Assembly (NCBI RefSeq): GCF_964204645.1
Contig: NC_134034.1
Location: 8,754,962-8,818,961, forward strand
DNA: 64,000 nucleotides
Source of the DNA: Tubulanus polymorphus
Lineage: Eukaryota; Animalia; Nemertea
Reading direction: 5' to 3'
Within the stretch, counting starts at the first letter, position 1; each line of letters starts with the position of its first letter. The notes under the pieces were generated by a model that did not search any database, had not been told where the DNA came from, and saw only the letters and a list, made by a program, of their open reading frames with translations. Below are positions 1 through 11,232 of this stretch, piece by piece. Both the position numbers and the translations under genes were made by a program.

Positions 1-153
1 CTCATAGTGTCATGAGTGTATTACCACATTTCGATCGAACTTTGGCTTTTCCTGTAATAAAGATACTTGTAGATTCTGTGACTTGAAGAACATGCTTATA
101 TGGTCAATCATGAAATATAATGCATTTACAAGCCTGCTTCATATGTATTTTAG

Positions 154-2259
154 TTGCATTTTCCATGAAACTCCTTGAAAAACTTGGTGAAAGTATGCCG
201 TTAGATCGACCACGAATAAACAAATTGATGGAGAAGACATTTGAGGCGAGAAGAAAAGAAATCATGAAATCTGGTGACATAGACGCTGTAATTGGAAAAT
301 ACAAATTTTTCAACTTCATGCAATATGTAAGTCATCAAGAAACCTAATCTCTAACCAATCATCTTCATCTTATGCTCATGATTCCAACCCTGATTCCACA
401 ATTGTAGTATCCCTTTTAGCCCACTTGGGACTTTAGTCCCAGCGGGCTATTGCGTTCACTTTTCGTCCGTCGTCCGTCCATAGACGGAATCCAGTTATTT
501 TGAGAAGTTTTGAAGACGCTTGAATGGATTTTCTTGATCTTTAGGTTATACATGTATCTACCCTAGATACATCTTTGAAAACGCTTTAAACAATTATCTT
601 GATCTTTCACATATGTTTGTTTCCCCCTATGATGCATCAGTATGAGAAAAATTGGGTCAATCGGACCCAAGATGGCCGTCGTGTGATCTTTTTTGTGCCC
701 AAAAGGTCATTTTTGCCCTCAATTCCAAGACCTGTAGCTTCCAAATAGTTAGTCTTGATATTTAATAAATAGTGTCACTGTTGTAGTATTCATCTCACGT
801 GGAATTGGTGTTACCCAGGTTTTCGCCACCAGGGGAGTTGAATTTTGAATTATATACAATTTGCCTATTTCACGCTTGTTCCACAGTTAAGGTTAAATCT
901 TTCTTGGCCCTCTAAAATCAGCTAAAAATAACTTTCAAATACGCAGCAAATACGTACACACGGTTGGCCATTAAAAAAAAACTTTGAAACAAATACTATT
1001 TCCCAAGTGGGCACTGTGACCCTGGACACCTGGTTAAGCATTCGTCTATTAGTTTGATATCCTGTAAATTTTTGCCTTCAGATTATGCATGACTTCAAAA
1101 TGCTAAATTTAACAGAAAGAGAATGCTTTCATAAGCGTTTCTTAGAGATGACTACGCAGTGCTCCTTGATGTTTAACATCGAACAGCAATTAACGGTAAA
1201 TTATATTAGATTTTGTTTATTAGCTCCAATATGGCCTGAAAGCTTAAGGGGTGAAATAAATCCTTTCCCTTCCTTAAGTTTTAATGGCAGAGTTAGTAAA
1301 AATTTTCTTTAAGTTTTTATTAAATTAATTTCATTTCATTTAAGATATCGATAATGGTTATATCGAATAAAGCGGCAGAGCTTCCAACCTTTACTGACTA
1401 CCACTAATCACTGAAAACATCTTGAGTGACCAAAAACTTATGTTCTCAGTATCTGATTTGATATTTTTTCAGAACATCGAAACCATCAGTCTGATACAGC
1501 GAATAGAAGATCAGCTTGGTTATGGTAGTACTAGTTCTTCTATTTACAGTCAGATAAAGGTTAGCTATCCATATATCTGAATGCATGTAAGAATAACTGG
1601 AGAATCCAGTGAAAATAGCAAATTCAGTTAAATACATGCCATTGGAAAGACATTTAAGATTTTACCCAATTCAAATGAGATACATTGAAAGGCTTTTTCA
1701 CTGTGCAACTGAGCATATATTCATACAATTCATGCATTCAAGCATTATCCGTTCTCCAATTTCTACGAAGCCGAATTTTGAAAAAGGGCCTCATTATGTT
1801 GAGCGGGAAGTGTATTTTGACAAATATAACCCACAGATTGCATTATTTATGAAAAAGCGACAGGCTGGCCATAGTGCCCCATGGGGCTCTTGTTTCTATG
1901 TTCTCCCAGATCAAATGATACATGTCATCACTTTGTAATCCAGACTTTTAACCTTTCATTCCTAGGCTGCTGATGTAAAGAATCCTTTGAAGTTCCCAAG
2001 GATTGTGTACTTGGAAAACAACCACAATTTGGAGTTCTTCATTCAAACCGCGGAACGTATGATTGAGTGCACAGAACATAACACTAGTGGCGCTTTGCAT
2101 GATCTCTTCGGATTTTATTATGTATTTGACATTAACTATCCGCGACAGTTCGCACCAATTTTGAATTTTCTACAAGTTGCATTGTTGAATGCGAAGATTG
2201 AAACGAAGAAGCAGCCAAAACTTGTGAAATTTCTTGCTGCATACTTTTCCAAAAATTGA
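154..2259 (+). CDS. 3' exons of a spliced SAMD3-like transposon accessory protein (exons ~154-326, 1082-1195, 1473-1559, 1966-2259)
   Basis: GT-AG bounded exons join in frame. Contains KTFEARRKEI..V..KYKF and the C-terminal LFGFYYVFDINYP...LNFLQ motif recognisable from SAMD3-like/EnSpm accessory ORFs. Confidence 0.6.
414..760 (+). mobile_element. Non-autonomous Helentron/HINE-like element fragment in an intron
   Basis: TTTTAG start, GCCC...GGGC hairpin, GTCC microsatellite. 500-745 is homologous (inverted) to ~30655-31000. Confidence 0.6.
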
Positions 2260-2749
2260 AATTGGCGTGATAGACTATCAATCTATAGAAATCGTTTAAG
2301 AATATAAAATATTTTGTAACAGGTTATATAGGTTGGCATATATATAAATATCAGGTAAATTTTAATTCAGGTGAATTCAATACAGATGTAGTCTTAACTT
2401 ATTTTAGACTGAAAGTTTCTACAAGCTCCTAATACTGGGAAAACTAACAGAAATTAATTTTTCCCTGGATTTAGCTATTTTTTCATTATGTTTTGACACC
2501 AGAAGTCAGATAGATTGCCCATTTGTATACCTGATACTTGTATATATACATAATATGTAGCCATTTTCAAGAGAAATTTTAAAGAGATTTCAGGGTGAGT
2601 TTCTCAGTATAGTAATTAAAAAGATTTTTTTAAATTCAATATTTACTCTCTTTATTATTATCTCTTTGAAACTGGTTACCTTTAACTGGAATCATTTTGA
2701 AAAACATTCAAAAAATTGAATTTTTTCAATTTATGATGATTGCTTTTTA

Positions 2750-2825
2750 TGTTTGAGTTTAAGGGGCTTTTTTCTGTTCGAGTTTAAGGGGCTTTTTATG
2801 ATACATGTTTGAGTTTAAGGGGCTG
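2750..2825. repeat. Three imperfect tandem copies of TGTTYGAGTTTAAGGGGCT
   Basis: Directly visible. Confidence 0.8.
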
Positions 2826-3812
2826 TCACAAAATGTACAGAGGTAGTACCACTCTAAAAGTGTTACTAGGAATTGCCTATTACAGCTCTACAACTTTTGG
2901 AGTACAGCGATATTTGTTTGGTATCTTGCAAGTTTTCAGATTTGGTATGTGTCCGGTATGAACATTGTCAAATGCAGTAACCGTGAAAAAGTTGGTACCA
3001 TCTGGCATCTTTTACTAAATGGACCTTGATCACTTGTTGAGCTGATATTAGCTTTACACTTTCTAATTTAATTCTAAGTAACATTTTTTTATTTTATGAG
3101 ATTTCACTTCTAAGTATTGAAGTGAACTAAGTAAGAATTTTCTCATTTTGGTTATTTCGTCAGGCACATTCCTTGGACTATCATGATTTATCCTGATAGA
3201 TTTAGTTTATACAGTTATATACTAACGTGGTATTTTGTTAATTACAGTATTTGAATACAGAGAGGTATTAAAAAGTATTAAATCTTTTCGATCTCCACGA
3301 GAGATACACGTATACCCGGTCTCGGTTTAATGTTTTTGTTACGATAAAGCAATTGTTATATTGTTTTAATCAAACACAATGTGTTTAAAATTTAATAAAG
3401 TGTTTGTATCTTTTCTGATATCTTGTATTATGTGTATGGTTGATTCTTTTCTGCTTTGGAGGAAAATCATTTGATCCCACTGCTGTATTCCAGGAAAAGT
3501 CTAGGTTTGTTCTTCATGTGTTCTGAAAGTGGTCGATTCCTGTTCTGGATTTGTTCAGACCTAGAAGTGTTCCCGAAATATGTTCTGAAAAATCTGTTCA
3601 ATAGAAGTGTTCTTGATGTCATACAAATGTTCTCTCGTGTTCTAAATCTGGTGTTCTGGAGAAAAAGTGTTCTAAAATGTGTCCCATTTTATGTGTTCTA
3701 TTTTCGCGTTCTACGCGTTCCAAATATGTTTGTTGTTTTTAGAGTGTAGACTCGTTCAGAATTTGTATAAGACGATTAAGACTATTATTTGAATTTTAGT
3801 GACTTAGCAAAG

Positions 3813-4988
3813 ATGAGTACTCAATCAGTTAACGTGGATGGTGATCCGAGAGGTAGACCTTCGACTAGGAGTAACGCTCGTAGACAACCCCGAAGTCTTA
3901 GCGACGAGGCGTCGAAATCTCGAAGAGACGGGAATCTAACCCATCGTCAGCCCTTAGACGGAGAGACGACGGTCGTAGGAGATTCCCCAACCGTGACAGA
4001 AGTGGTGACCGCGCCTAATGCACTCGAGAAAGGCTCACAGGCTTTAGAGACGACAGCGCTTCCTCGTAGGGTTAGCTCCGGAGATCAGAATTTCATTTAT
4101 GCCGACCGTTTTGAGTCCAATGTCGAAACGAGTGATCGTCTTGACCGAGCTCCGTCGGGATCAAACTTTGGTTTCGAGAGTCAGCGCCTCACTCAAGACC
4201 GTAACCTGGCATGTAGAATCAAACCCGAAACCTTTGACGGCAATGGTCCCTGGCGAGATTATATCCAAGTTTTTGAGACAGTAGCACGTATCAACCGCTG
4301 GGACGATGGATCCAAGGCGGATTTTCTATTCGCACACCCTAGAGGTCCCGCCCGTCAATTAGCTTGCACTTTGTCGCATCAAAGTCGGCTTGATTATGGC
4401 GAGTTAGTCGGTATACTCGACTCGAGATTTGGTTCCGGCCATCAATCTGAACTCTTCTTAGCTGAAATTAAGAGTAGAAGGCGTAAGAGGACGGAAACCC
4501 TGAGAGAGCTGGGGCAAGAACTACTTTCCCTTGCCGTAAGGGCATATCCCGATTTAGACCCGTTTCAGCGAGACCGTTTAGTCCGAACACATTTTATAGA
4601 CGCGATCGAAGATAGAGAGCTGCGTATGCAATTGTACCAGAGTCATTGTAAATCGCTCGACGAGTTAGTCCGTCTAGCCGTAGAGTTAGAGGGGTTTAAG
4701 AGATTAGAGGAGGATAGAGAACGTGGATCTCATGGGTTCGTGAGAGCAACAAAAGTAGGAGAGAGCGACCAAATTGAGGCATTGAGATCTCAGGTGACTG
4801 AGTTGACGACAATGGTCAAGCAGTTAGTAGGCCTACAATCCCAACAGAGCGTTCGTCGAGATAATCATTCTATCATCTGTTACAGTTGTGGTCAAACAGG
4901 CCATATCTCTAGAAACTGCCGAGAAGGACCGAGACGGGGAAACGGGCGACCCCTGGCTCAAAGAGAGTCAAGCCAGAGGAGAGATTAA
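3813..4988 (+). CDS. gag: Gypsy Gag polyprotein
   Basis: Capsid motif KPETFDG..W..Y...FE..A..N.W and CCHC knuckle CYSCGQTGHISRNC. First ATG at 3813 within ORF 3789-4988. Confidence 0.95.
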   Translation: MSTQSVNVDGDPRGRPSTRSNARRQPRSLSDEASKSRRDGNLTHRQPLDGETTVVGDSPTVTEVVTAPNALEKGSQALETTALPRRVSSGDQNFIYADRFESNVETSDRLDRAPSGSNFGFESQRLTQDRNLACRIKPETFDGNGPWRDYIQVFETVARINRWDDGSKADFLFAHPRGPARQLACTLSHQSRLDYGELVGILDSRFGSGHQSELFLAEIKSRRRKRTETLRELGQELLSLAVRAYPDLDPFQRDRLVRTHFIDAIEDRELRMQLYQSHCKSLDELVRLAVELEGFKRLEEDRERGSHGFVRATKVGESDQIEALRSQVTELTTMVKQLVGLQSQQSVRRDNHSIICYSCGQTGHISRNCREGPRRGNGRPLAQRESSQRRD

Positions 4989-5001
4989 AAACCAAACTCT
5001 C
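4937..5001 (+). promoter_or_regulatory. -1 programmed ribosomal frameshift signal (G GGA AAC plus predicted H-type pseudoknot)
   Basis: Heptamer 4937-4943 is in X XXY YYZ phase with gag, and the -1 frame is open into pol. Stem 1 is CTGGCT/AGCCAG; stem 2 is GAGAGT (4963-4968)/ACTCTC (4996-5001). Confidence 0.8.
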
Positions 5002-5014
5002 ATCGCCAACCCTC

Positions 5015-8000
5015 TTGAATGAACGAGTTACTGTAAGCGCGATCAGCAACACGGTATCCAGCATAATCATCAGCGGAAAAATCGACAATGTACAAACCAA
5101 ATTTTTAATCGATACTGGTGCATGTGTTTCAGTTCTGAGTGAAGACGTGTTCGAGAAATTACACCCAGCATCGCAGGAGAATCTAGAAGAATCGAATTTA
5201 CAGCTATACAGTATCAATAATTCCCCTCTGAAAACATACGGTAAACTTGAGGTCGGAGTCGAGATTTTCGGCGAGGTCATGCCCTGGTCGTTCGCGGTAG
5301 CTGATATCGAAGATGAAGCCGTCTTAGGTTTAGATTTTCTTTCACACTACGACTGCCAGATTCACCCGGCCAGGCAAAGTATCACGTGTCATGGTGAGCA
5401 AATCATCTACGGAAAGAAATGTCAGCTAGATAAGAACAATACTCACGTCAGAAGCCGTCAGCGAGTCGTTATCCCCCCTTTTAGCGAAAAAGTGCTGGAA
5501 GGAACGACTGATGTACAACACCACTCCGGGAAGTGGGCTATGATAGAACCGTCTGAGTTTAGCCACAAACATCGATTTCTGACAGCGAGAAGTCTCGTCG
5601 ACACCGAAAAAATATGGTTACCCACCAGAGTTTTAAATCCTACACCACACAAGATTACGGTTTACAAGGGGACGACTCTTGGCTATTTGAGACCCGCATC
5701 TAGAGTAGAATCCAGTAATGTGAGAGCCACGCATACTCCCAGCCCTCCAAGCGGAGAGACTCCCGAATTTTTTAGAGATCTCGTCCAGAGAAGCACGAAA
5801 GACTTACAGCCAGACGAAGCATCTCAGGTCGAAAAGTTAATTTTAGAGTATCGAGACATCTTTGCTCGGTCCGACGCAGATTTAGGGGTAGCCCCGGGAA
5901 TTACGCACGATATACACACAGGGGATGCTAAGCCGGTTAGACAGAAGGCTCGACGCTTACCACCGGCAAGACAAGAGGTAGCCAGTCACCTAGTCAAAGA
6001 GATGCTAGATCGCGGGGTGGTTGAACCGTCAACTTCACCGTGGGCTAGTCCGATAGTTCTTGTGTCGAAGAAGGACGGGGGGATTAGATTTTGTGTAGAT
6101 TATCGGCGGGTGAATGACGTCACTATGAAAGATGCTTATCCCCTACCTAGAATTGATGACTCTATCCGTTCCCTTTCTGGCTCTCGATATTTTTGTACTA
6201 TGGATCTCGCATCTGGTTATTGGCAGGTCGAGCTGTCCGAATCTGCAAGAGAGAAATCCGCGTTTGTCATGAGAGATGGTCTATTTCAATTTCGCAAGAT
6301 GCCTTTTGGGTTGTGCAATAGTGGCGCGACGTTCGAAAGACTCATGGAACAGGTTCTCTGTGGCCTGCAGTATGAGATTTGCTTAGTCTATTTAGATGAT
6401 ATCATAGTATTCGGAAAGAATTTTGAAGAGACTTTGGGCAATCTACACCAAGTATTCGAAAGGCTTAGAAGGTTCGATCTAAAACTCAAACCCAAGAAGT
6501 GCCACTTCTTTGAGAAATCGGTTGCGTTTTTAGGACATGTAGTCTCAGAGGATGGCGTATCGTGCGACCCAGGTAAAATCGAATCAATTAAGACTTGGCC
6601 TGTACCTCGATGTCAAACTGACGTAAGATCATTTTTGGGTTTAGCATCTTACTACCGGAGTTTTTGCCGAGATTTCGCATCGACGGCGAAACCACTCCAC
6701 CGATTAACCGAGAAGGGAAGGAAATTTGAATGGTCTGGAGAATGTCAGTCCGCTTTTGAGGAATTGAAGGACGCGCTCATGACAGCGCCCATACTGGCAT
6801 ATCCACTCCCGGATACCCAGTTTATCTTAGATACCGACGCTAGTGGGGTAGGCTTGGGGGCTGTTTTGTCACAAGTACACGATGGGGCTGAGAAAGTGAT
6901 CGCCTATGGCAGTCGCACCTTGTCAAAGCAAGAACGAAATTATTGCGTCACGAGACGGGAGTTATTGGCAGTGGTCACATACGTCAAGCATTTCAGACAT
7001 TATTTGTTAGGGAGAGAGTTTCTGCTCCGCACCGACCACGGTTCGCTACGCTGGCTCATGTCTTTTAAAGACCCAGAGGGACAGACGGCCCGGTGGATTA
7101 CACTTTTGTCAGAATACAACTTCAAGGTTCAACATCGTCCCGGCCGTCTTCACACTAACGCAGATGCTTTGAGTCGCAGGGAATGTCAACATTGCTTGAG
7201 GGCTTCTGAGAGGTATGAAACAATCGAGAGTCCATGCAGCCACATCAAGCGGGTGAGAGCTATCAGAGACTGTTCCACTGAATTATTGTGCGCGCCAAAA
7301 TGGTCGCCAACAGAACTAGGCCAAGCACAAGCAAGCGACCCTGATTTGAGATGGATTGTAGAGCGATATAAGTCCCAAGATCGACCAAGCTGGCAGGATG
7401 TCGTAAGTGAGGGCGCTACCAGCAAATTTCTAGCAACCCGGTGGGAACAATTAAAATTGGTCGAGGGCGTACTGTATATCACCAAGGAAAGAGAAGGGTT
7501 AGAACCGTCTGCGTTGTTAGTTTTGCCTAAAACTTACCGTCACGAAGTATTCATCGAGATTCATGCCTCTAGAACCGCCGGACACTTTGGCTACAAGAAA
7601 ACTCTCACTAGCATTCACCAAAGATATTTCTGGCCCGAAATTCGGGATGATGTCAAGCTCTGGTGTGCGACTTGTTACCTATGTGCCACCAGGAAGAGTC
7701 CACCTAGAAGTAATAAAGCAAAACTTAAAGACTATCGCGTTGGCCTACCTATGGAAAGAATAGCTTTAGATATTTTGGGGCCCCTACCCGAAACGAAAGC
7801 CGGGAACACAGTAATTTTAGTCGTCTCCGATTATTTTACTCGTTGGGTGGAGGCCTACCCTCTACCAAATCAGGAAGCCAAGACTATAGCAGCAACACTC
7901 GTCCGAGAATTCATAAGTAGATTTGGTGTAGCGAGACAATTTCACTCTGATCAAGGGTCTAATTTCCAGTCAAAATTGATGACCGAAATTTGCGGCATGC

Positions 8001-8722
8001 TAGAAATGCGTAAGACTAGAACTACCGCCTATCACCCGCAGTCCGATGGATTAGTTGAGCGATACAATCGCACCCTGTTGAATGGGCTCGCCATGGTTGT
8101 GAATAAAAACCAGGACGACTGGGACGAGCAGCTACCATTTTTAACGATGGCGTACCGAGCGTCAACACATGATTCAACTGGATTTTCTCCAAACTATTTA
8201 ATGCTAGGCCGGGATATAAACTTACCTATAGATATTCTCTCGGGAACTCCCCATCCTTCGATACAGCTCCCAGTTGAGACGTACGCAACGGAACTGAAGG
8301 AACGCCTTACTTTCGCTTTTTCTCACACCCGAAAGAACTTAGCGCTTCGTGCTAGAAGAAATAAAAGACATTATGATACTCGTAGTCACGGAACGAATTA
8401 CAAAGTCGGGGAACGGGTATGGCTTTTCCGACCTGTCACGCCTGGCATGAAGTCATCAAAGCTGGCCTGTCATTGGGTAGGCCCATGTGAGATTTTCAAG
8501 ATAATAAACGACGTAGTATATACTATAGCGCTTCCTAATTCGAACAAGCGTATGACCGTGCATTTCGACCGACTGAAACCCTACCTTGAGCCAACCGCAA
8601 CTGACCTGAGGACTCCTGACTATCCAGAGAAATACTCAGACGAAATCAAAAGCGACGATTTTAGAACCACTTTTTTCGGGCGTACATCGAGACCACCTGA
8701 TAGATATGGCGACTGGTGCTAG
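5015..8722 (+). CDS. pol: Gypsy Pol (protease, RT, RNase H, integrase), intact, in -1 frame to gag
   Basis: LIDTGA protease; YLDD RT; TDAS...RELLA...TDH RNase H; HHCC zinc finger, DDE core and GPY/F-like integrase. 1235 aa uninterrupted. Confidence 0.98.
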   Translation: MNERVTVSAISNTVSSIIISGKIDNVQTKFLIDTGACVSVLSEDVFEKLHPASQENLEESNLQLYSINNSPLKTYGKLEVGVEIFGEVMPWSFAVADIEDEAVLGLDFLSHYDCQIHPARQSITCHGEQIIYGKKCQLDKNNTHVRSRQRVVIPPFSEKVLEGTTDVQHHSGKWAMIEPSEFSHKHRFLTARSLVDTEKIWLPTRVLNPTPHKITVYKGTTLGYLRPASRVESSNVRATHTPSPPSGETPEFFRDLVQRSTKDLQPDEASQVEKLILEYRDIFARSDADLGVAPGITHDIHTGDAKPVRQKARRLPPARQEVASHLVKEMLDRGVVEPSTSPWASPIVLVSKKDGGIRFCVDYRRVNDVTMKDAYPLPRIDDSIRSLSGSRYFCTMDLASGYWQVELSESAREKSAFVMRDGLFQFRKMPFGLCNSGATFERLMEQVLCGLQYEICLVYLDDIIVFGKNFEETLGNLHQVFERLRRFDLKLKPKKCHFFEKSVAFLGHVVSEDGVSCDPGKIESIKTWPVPRCQTDVRSFLGLASYYRSFCRDFASTAKPLHRLTEKGRKFEWSGECQSAFEELKDALMTAPILAYPLPDTQFILDTDASGVGLGAVLSQVHDGAEKVIAYGSRTLSKQERNYCVTRRELLAVVTYVKHFRHYLLGREFLLRTDHGSLRWLMSFKDPEGQTARWITLLSEYNFKVQHRPGRLHTNADALSRRECQHCLRASERYETIESPCSHIKRVRAIRDCSTELLCAPKWSPTELGQAQASDPDLRWIVERYKSQDRPSWQDVVSEGATSKFLATRWEQLKLVEGVLYITKEREGLEPSALLVLPKTYRHEVFIEIHASRTAGHFGYKKTLTSIHQRYFWPEIRDDVKLWCATCYLCATRKSPPRSNKAKLKDYRVGLPMERIALDILGPLPETKAGNTVILVVSDYFTRWVEAYPLPNQEAKTIAATLVREFISRFGVARQFHSDQGSNFQSKLMTEICGMLEMRKTRTTAYHPQSDGLVERYNRTLLNGLAMVVNKNQDDWDEQLPFLTMAYRASTHDSTGFSPNYLMLGRDINLPIDILSGTPHPSIQLPVETYATELKERLTFAFSHTRKNLALRARRNKRHYDTRSHGTNYKVGERVWLFRPVTPGMKSSKLACHWVGPCEIFKIINDVVYTIALPNSNKRMTVHFDRLKPYLEPTATDLRTPDYPEKYSDEIKSDDFRTTFFGRTSRPPDRYGDWC

Positions 8723-8781
8723 TCCAGATGTCATCTGCCATCGTAATTTTCATGTTTTTTTTTTATCCTTCTATTTTATAG

Positions 8782-10003
8782 GGATAAAACGACCAAGGTT
8801 AAGTGTATTTATTGTGCGCGTAGAGTCGACAAGGAAAACGTTCACGCGCATAATAGGTATTGCGAAGGCCGGACCCGCGAGGGGAAAGTCTTCGAGTGTG
8901 AAAAGTGCGGTAAACAGTTCGCTACCAAACTGAAGGCCCGTGGGCACGTAAAGTACCATGATGAGAGGGTGCGTATCCTCGAGGTCGCGGAAGATTCATG
9001 GGACCGAGACCCGCCTGCACATGTCCTATCCGCGTCAAACGTTACCTCTACTGTGAGCGCGGTGTCCGCCAAAAGAAAATTTCGACGTGACGAGCAGCGG
9101 CGTAAGCGCGCAGAAGAATCGAAAGCGAGATTGGATCGACAGCGGGAGCGAGAAGTGATCGACGAGACGGCAGAGCAGTTAGCGGCTCAAATCAATAAGA
9201 TATTAGAAGAAGATGAGCCGGTCACTGGCGACGCTCGAACGGTCCACTTTGGTACGCCATCCCATACCGCTACTTCAACTAGAGAACAAGAGATGGACGT
9301 CACTCCCGTCAGCTGTCAATCGGAAGGGAGATCGGCTTCCGACGTCGTCACCCGAATCATGAAAGAGATGTCGGGCACCATAGATGAGGTTTATCCGCCT
9401 TCGATCGTCACAGAGAAATTCCCAGCCGCCATCAGCGATGATCTGCCGACTTCTGCAGGCGATAAATTACCAACCGTCGTCGAGAGCCTGCCAATCGAGC
9501 CGCCTACTACTGCTATGAAGACACCAGTAATTCAGTCTCCGACTTCCGTCGTCAAGTTGTCAACGGAGTCGCTGCCAGCAGTTGCGCAAGAATCCTCGTC
9601 CGAGCCGTCAGTCGAGATAGAAAAAGATAAGTCGAAGCTGGAAGATGTCATAGTCGACGAGTCATCAGAGAGTTGCCAGGCCAACGACGCGGGTTCAGCA
9701 TTGTGCGAACAAATGGTCCTGCTACACAGTCATCCTGTTCCTGGTCGCAATGCGTATAAATATTTCGGTTCTCCATGCGACAGAGCAGTATGCAACCAGT
9801 GCGTTGTCGAATCCTTGAGGTTCAAGATTCGGTGGCCGACTCCAGAGTTCGTTCGACATGTGGAGGTGACGCGACCTACGGCATTCGGGATGCTACACAG
9901 CCACCCTACCGCGGCCGGAGATGTAGAAATCTATGGGTTCAGCAACGAACCAGTAACATGCGCGTTGTGTCTGATCGACCAGAAGGTGTTTGGCATCGTA
10001 TGA
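8782..10003 (+). CDS. Gypsy ORF3, probably spliced: two N-terminal zinc fingers, coiled coil, two C-terminal HSHP...CxxC repeats
   Basis: The frame of ORF 8969-10003 stays open back to a strong acceptor (poly-T...TATTTTATAG/8782). The extension reads CIYC..HAHNRYC and FECEKCGKQFATKLKARGHVKYH. Confidence 0.7.
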
Positions 10004-10040
10004 GACTCTAATCCGATTTTCGCTATTTATCGCCTCCGCC

Positions 10041-10069
10041 GGGAGAGGTCGGAGGCTGGGAGGGGGTGT
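10041..10069 (+). promoter_or_regulatory. Polypurine tract
   Basis: GGGAGAGG...GGGAGGGGG immediately before the TGT LTR start at 10070. Confidence 0.75.
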
Positions 10070-10315
10070 TGTGGCGAAAATGGACCCTGTTTCTCTTTAA
10101 CACCTCTAGGCTCTGGTTCATTTTTGTTTCAGCACCTCATCCTTTCCTCCGATATCTCCGGGTGGGGCGATTTTATTTGTATATCGAGAACATAAAGTAT
10201 ATTTAAGATGTAAGAGATTGATCCTTCCTATCTCGCCTTCGGGTTGGATAAGATCATCTTATCCAACCCGAAGGAAACAAATTAATTATTCGCGTTAACT
10301 TACGTACGATCGTCT

Positions 10316-10398
10316 GGCCGAGTTTGATTTTCGGCCGAGTTTGATTTTCGGCCGAGTTTGATTTTTCGGCCGAGTTTGACTTTTCGGCCGAGTTTGAT
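10316..10398. repeat. Five tandem 17-18 bp units GGCCGAGTTTGATTTT(T)C in the LTR
   Basis: Directly visible. Confidence 0.9.
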
Positions 10399-11232
10399 GT
10401 CGCCGTTTATGACTATCTTCTAGTTAAACTTTTATCGGCCGACTGAGAGCGTCACCGATCAAAATATTTCGTCGAGCAAGCTTGTGTACATATTCGTTAT
10501 CTACCCGCCGGGTGCTTCGATTTTTTAGATTATTTACTTGCCGACTTGATTCGCTCTCGGTCGGGCGATTTAAATGTAAATAAATGTATATATATATATA
10601 ACATAATCCGAGCGATGATTTGAGATCGTCGTTAGCACCTTTCGAGTCTCGTACTGTACGCCCGAATGAGACATGCATTTTTGACGCGACCACGACGCGA
10701 GACTTTTTCGAGACGCGCCGCGAACTAAGAGACTTTAAAGATATGCTGTTAATTTTATTGACTTAGTGACATTAAATTTGAGAGTCCACGGACTCTTATC
10801 TTATGACGATTTATATAAGTCTTATATCTTCGTCTTTTCTGAACGAGGAGAGGAGTTCCGCCGCTATTTTTCATAATGGTGCGGTTTCTGACATTTTCTC
10901 AATTTCCGGAATCATTTAGAAATTTCCGGAAAAATCTAAGGAGGGGTCTTACAATTTAAACAAATAATTCCAGAATTTTCCGGAAAATTCTAGAAATCTC
11001 ATTATCGCAGGGGGGTCAAATGGAATTCCGAAAAAAAATAAATTCCGGATTTTTCTGGAAATTTCCGGAAATCTCATTCCAAAAATCGTGTACAGTGAAT
11101 AATGTTATAAGGATTTTGATCCGTTACCACGGAAATTAACTAATTTATTTAGGGAACAGTCATTTGTTGCGTAGTAACACAACGACTTTTATCATCGAAC
11201 ATAAAAAGCTGATCCCATTCAATCATTTCAAC

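Larger units (their letters stand above)
1..3746 (+). mobile_element. Right-hand part of an EnSpm/CACTA-like DNA transposon (left end outside window)
   Basis: Ends ...TTTTTAGAGTG at 3746 (reverse complement CACTCTAAAAA, a CACT-type terminus). Subterminal region ~3480-3720 is packed with TGTTCT/GTTCC motifs. Contains a spliced accessory gene of the kind seen in animal CACTA elements. The other terminus and the TSD are not visible. Confidence 0.6.

Noticed and set aside
8720-8782. Stop-codon read-through from pol into ORF3 (same frame)
   Set aside because: A second in-frame stop (TAA at 8744-8746) follows; splicing is more plausible.
8969-10003. ORF3 as an envelope protein
   Set aside because: No signal peptide, fusion peptide or transmembrane anchor.
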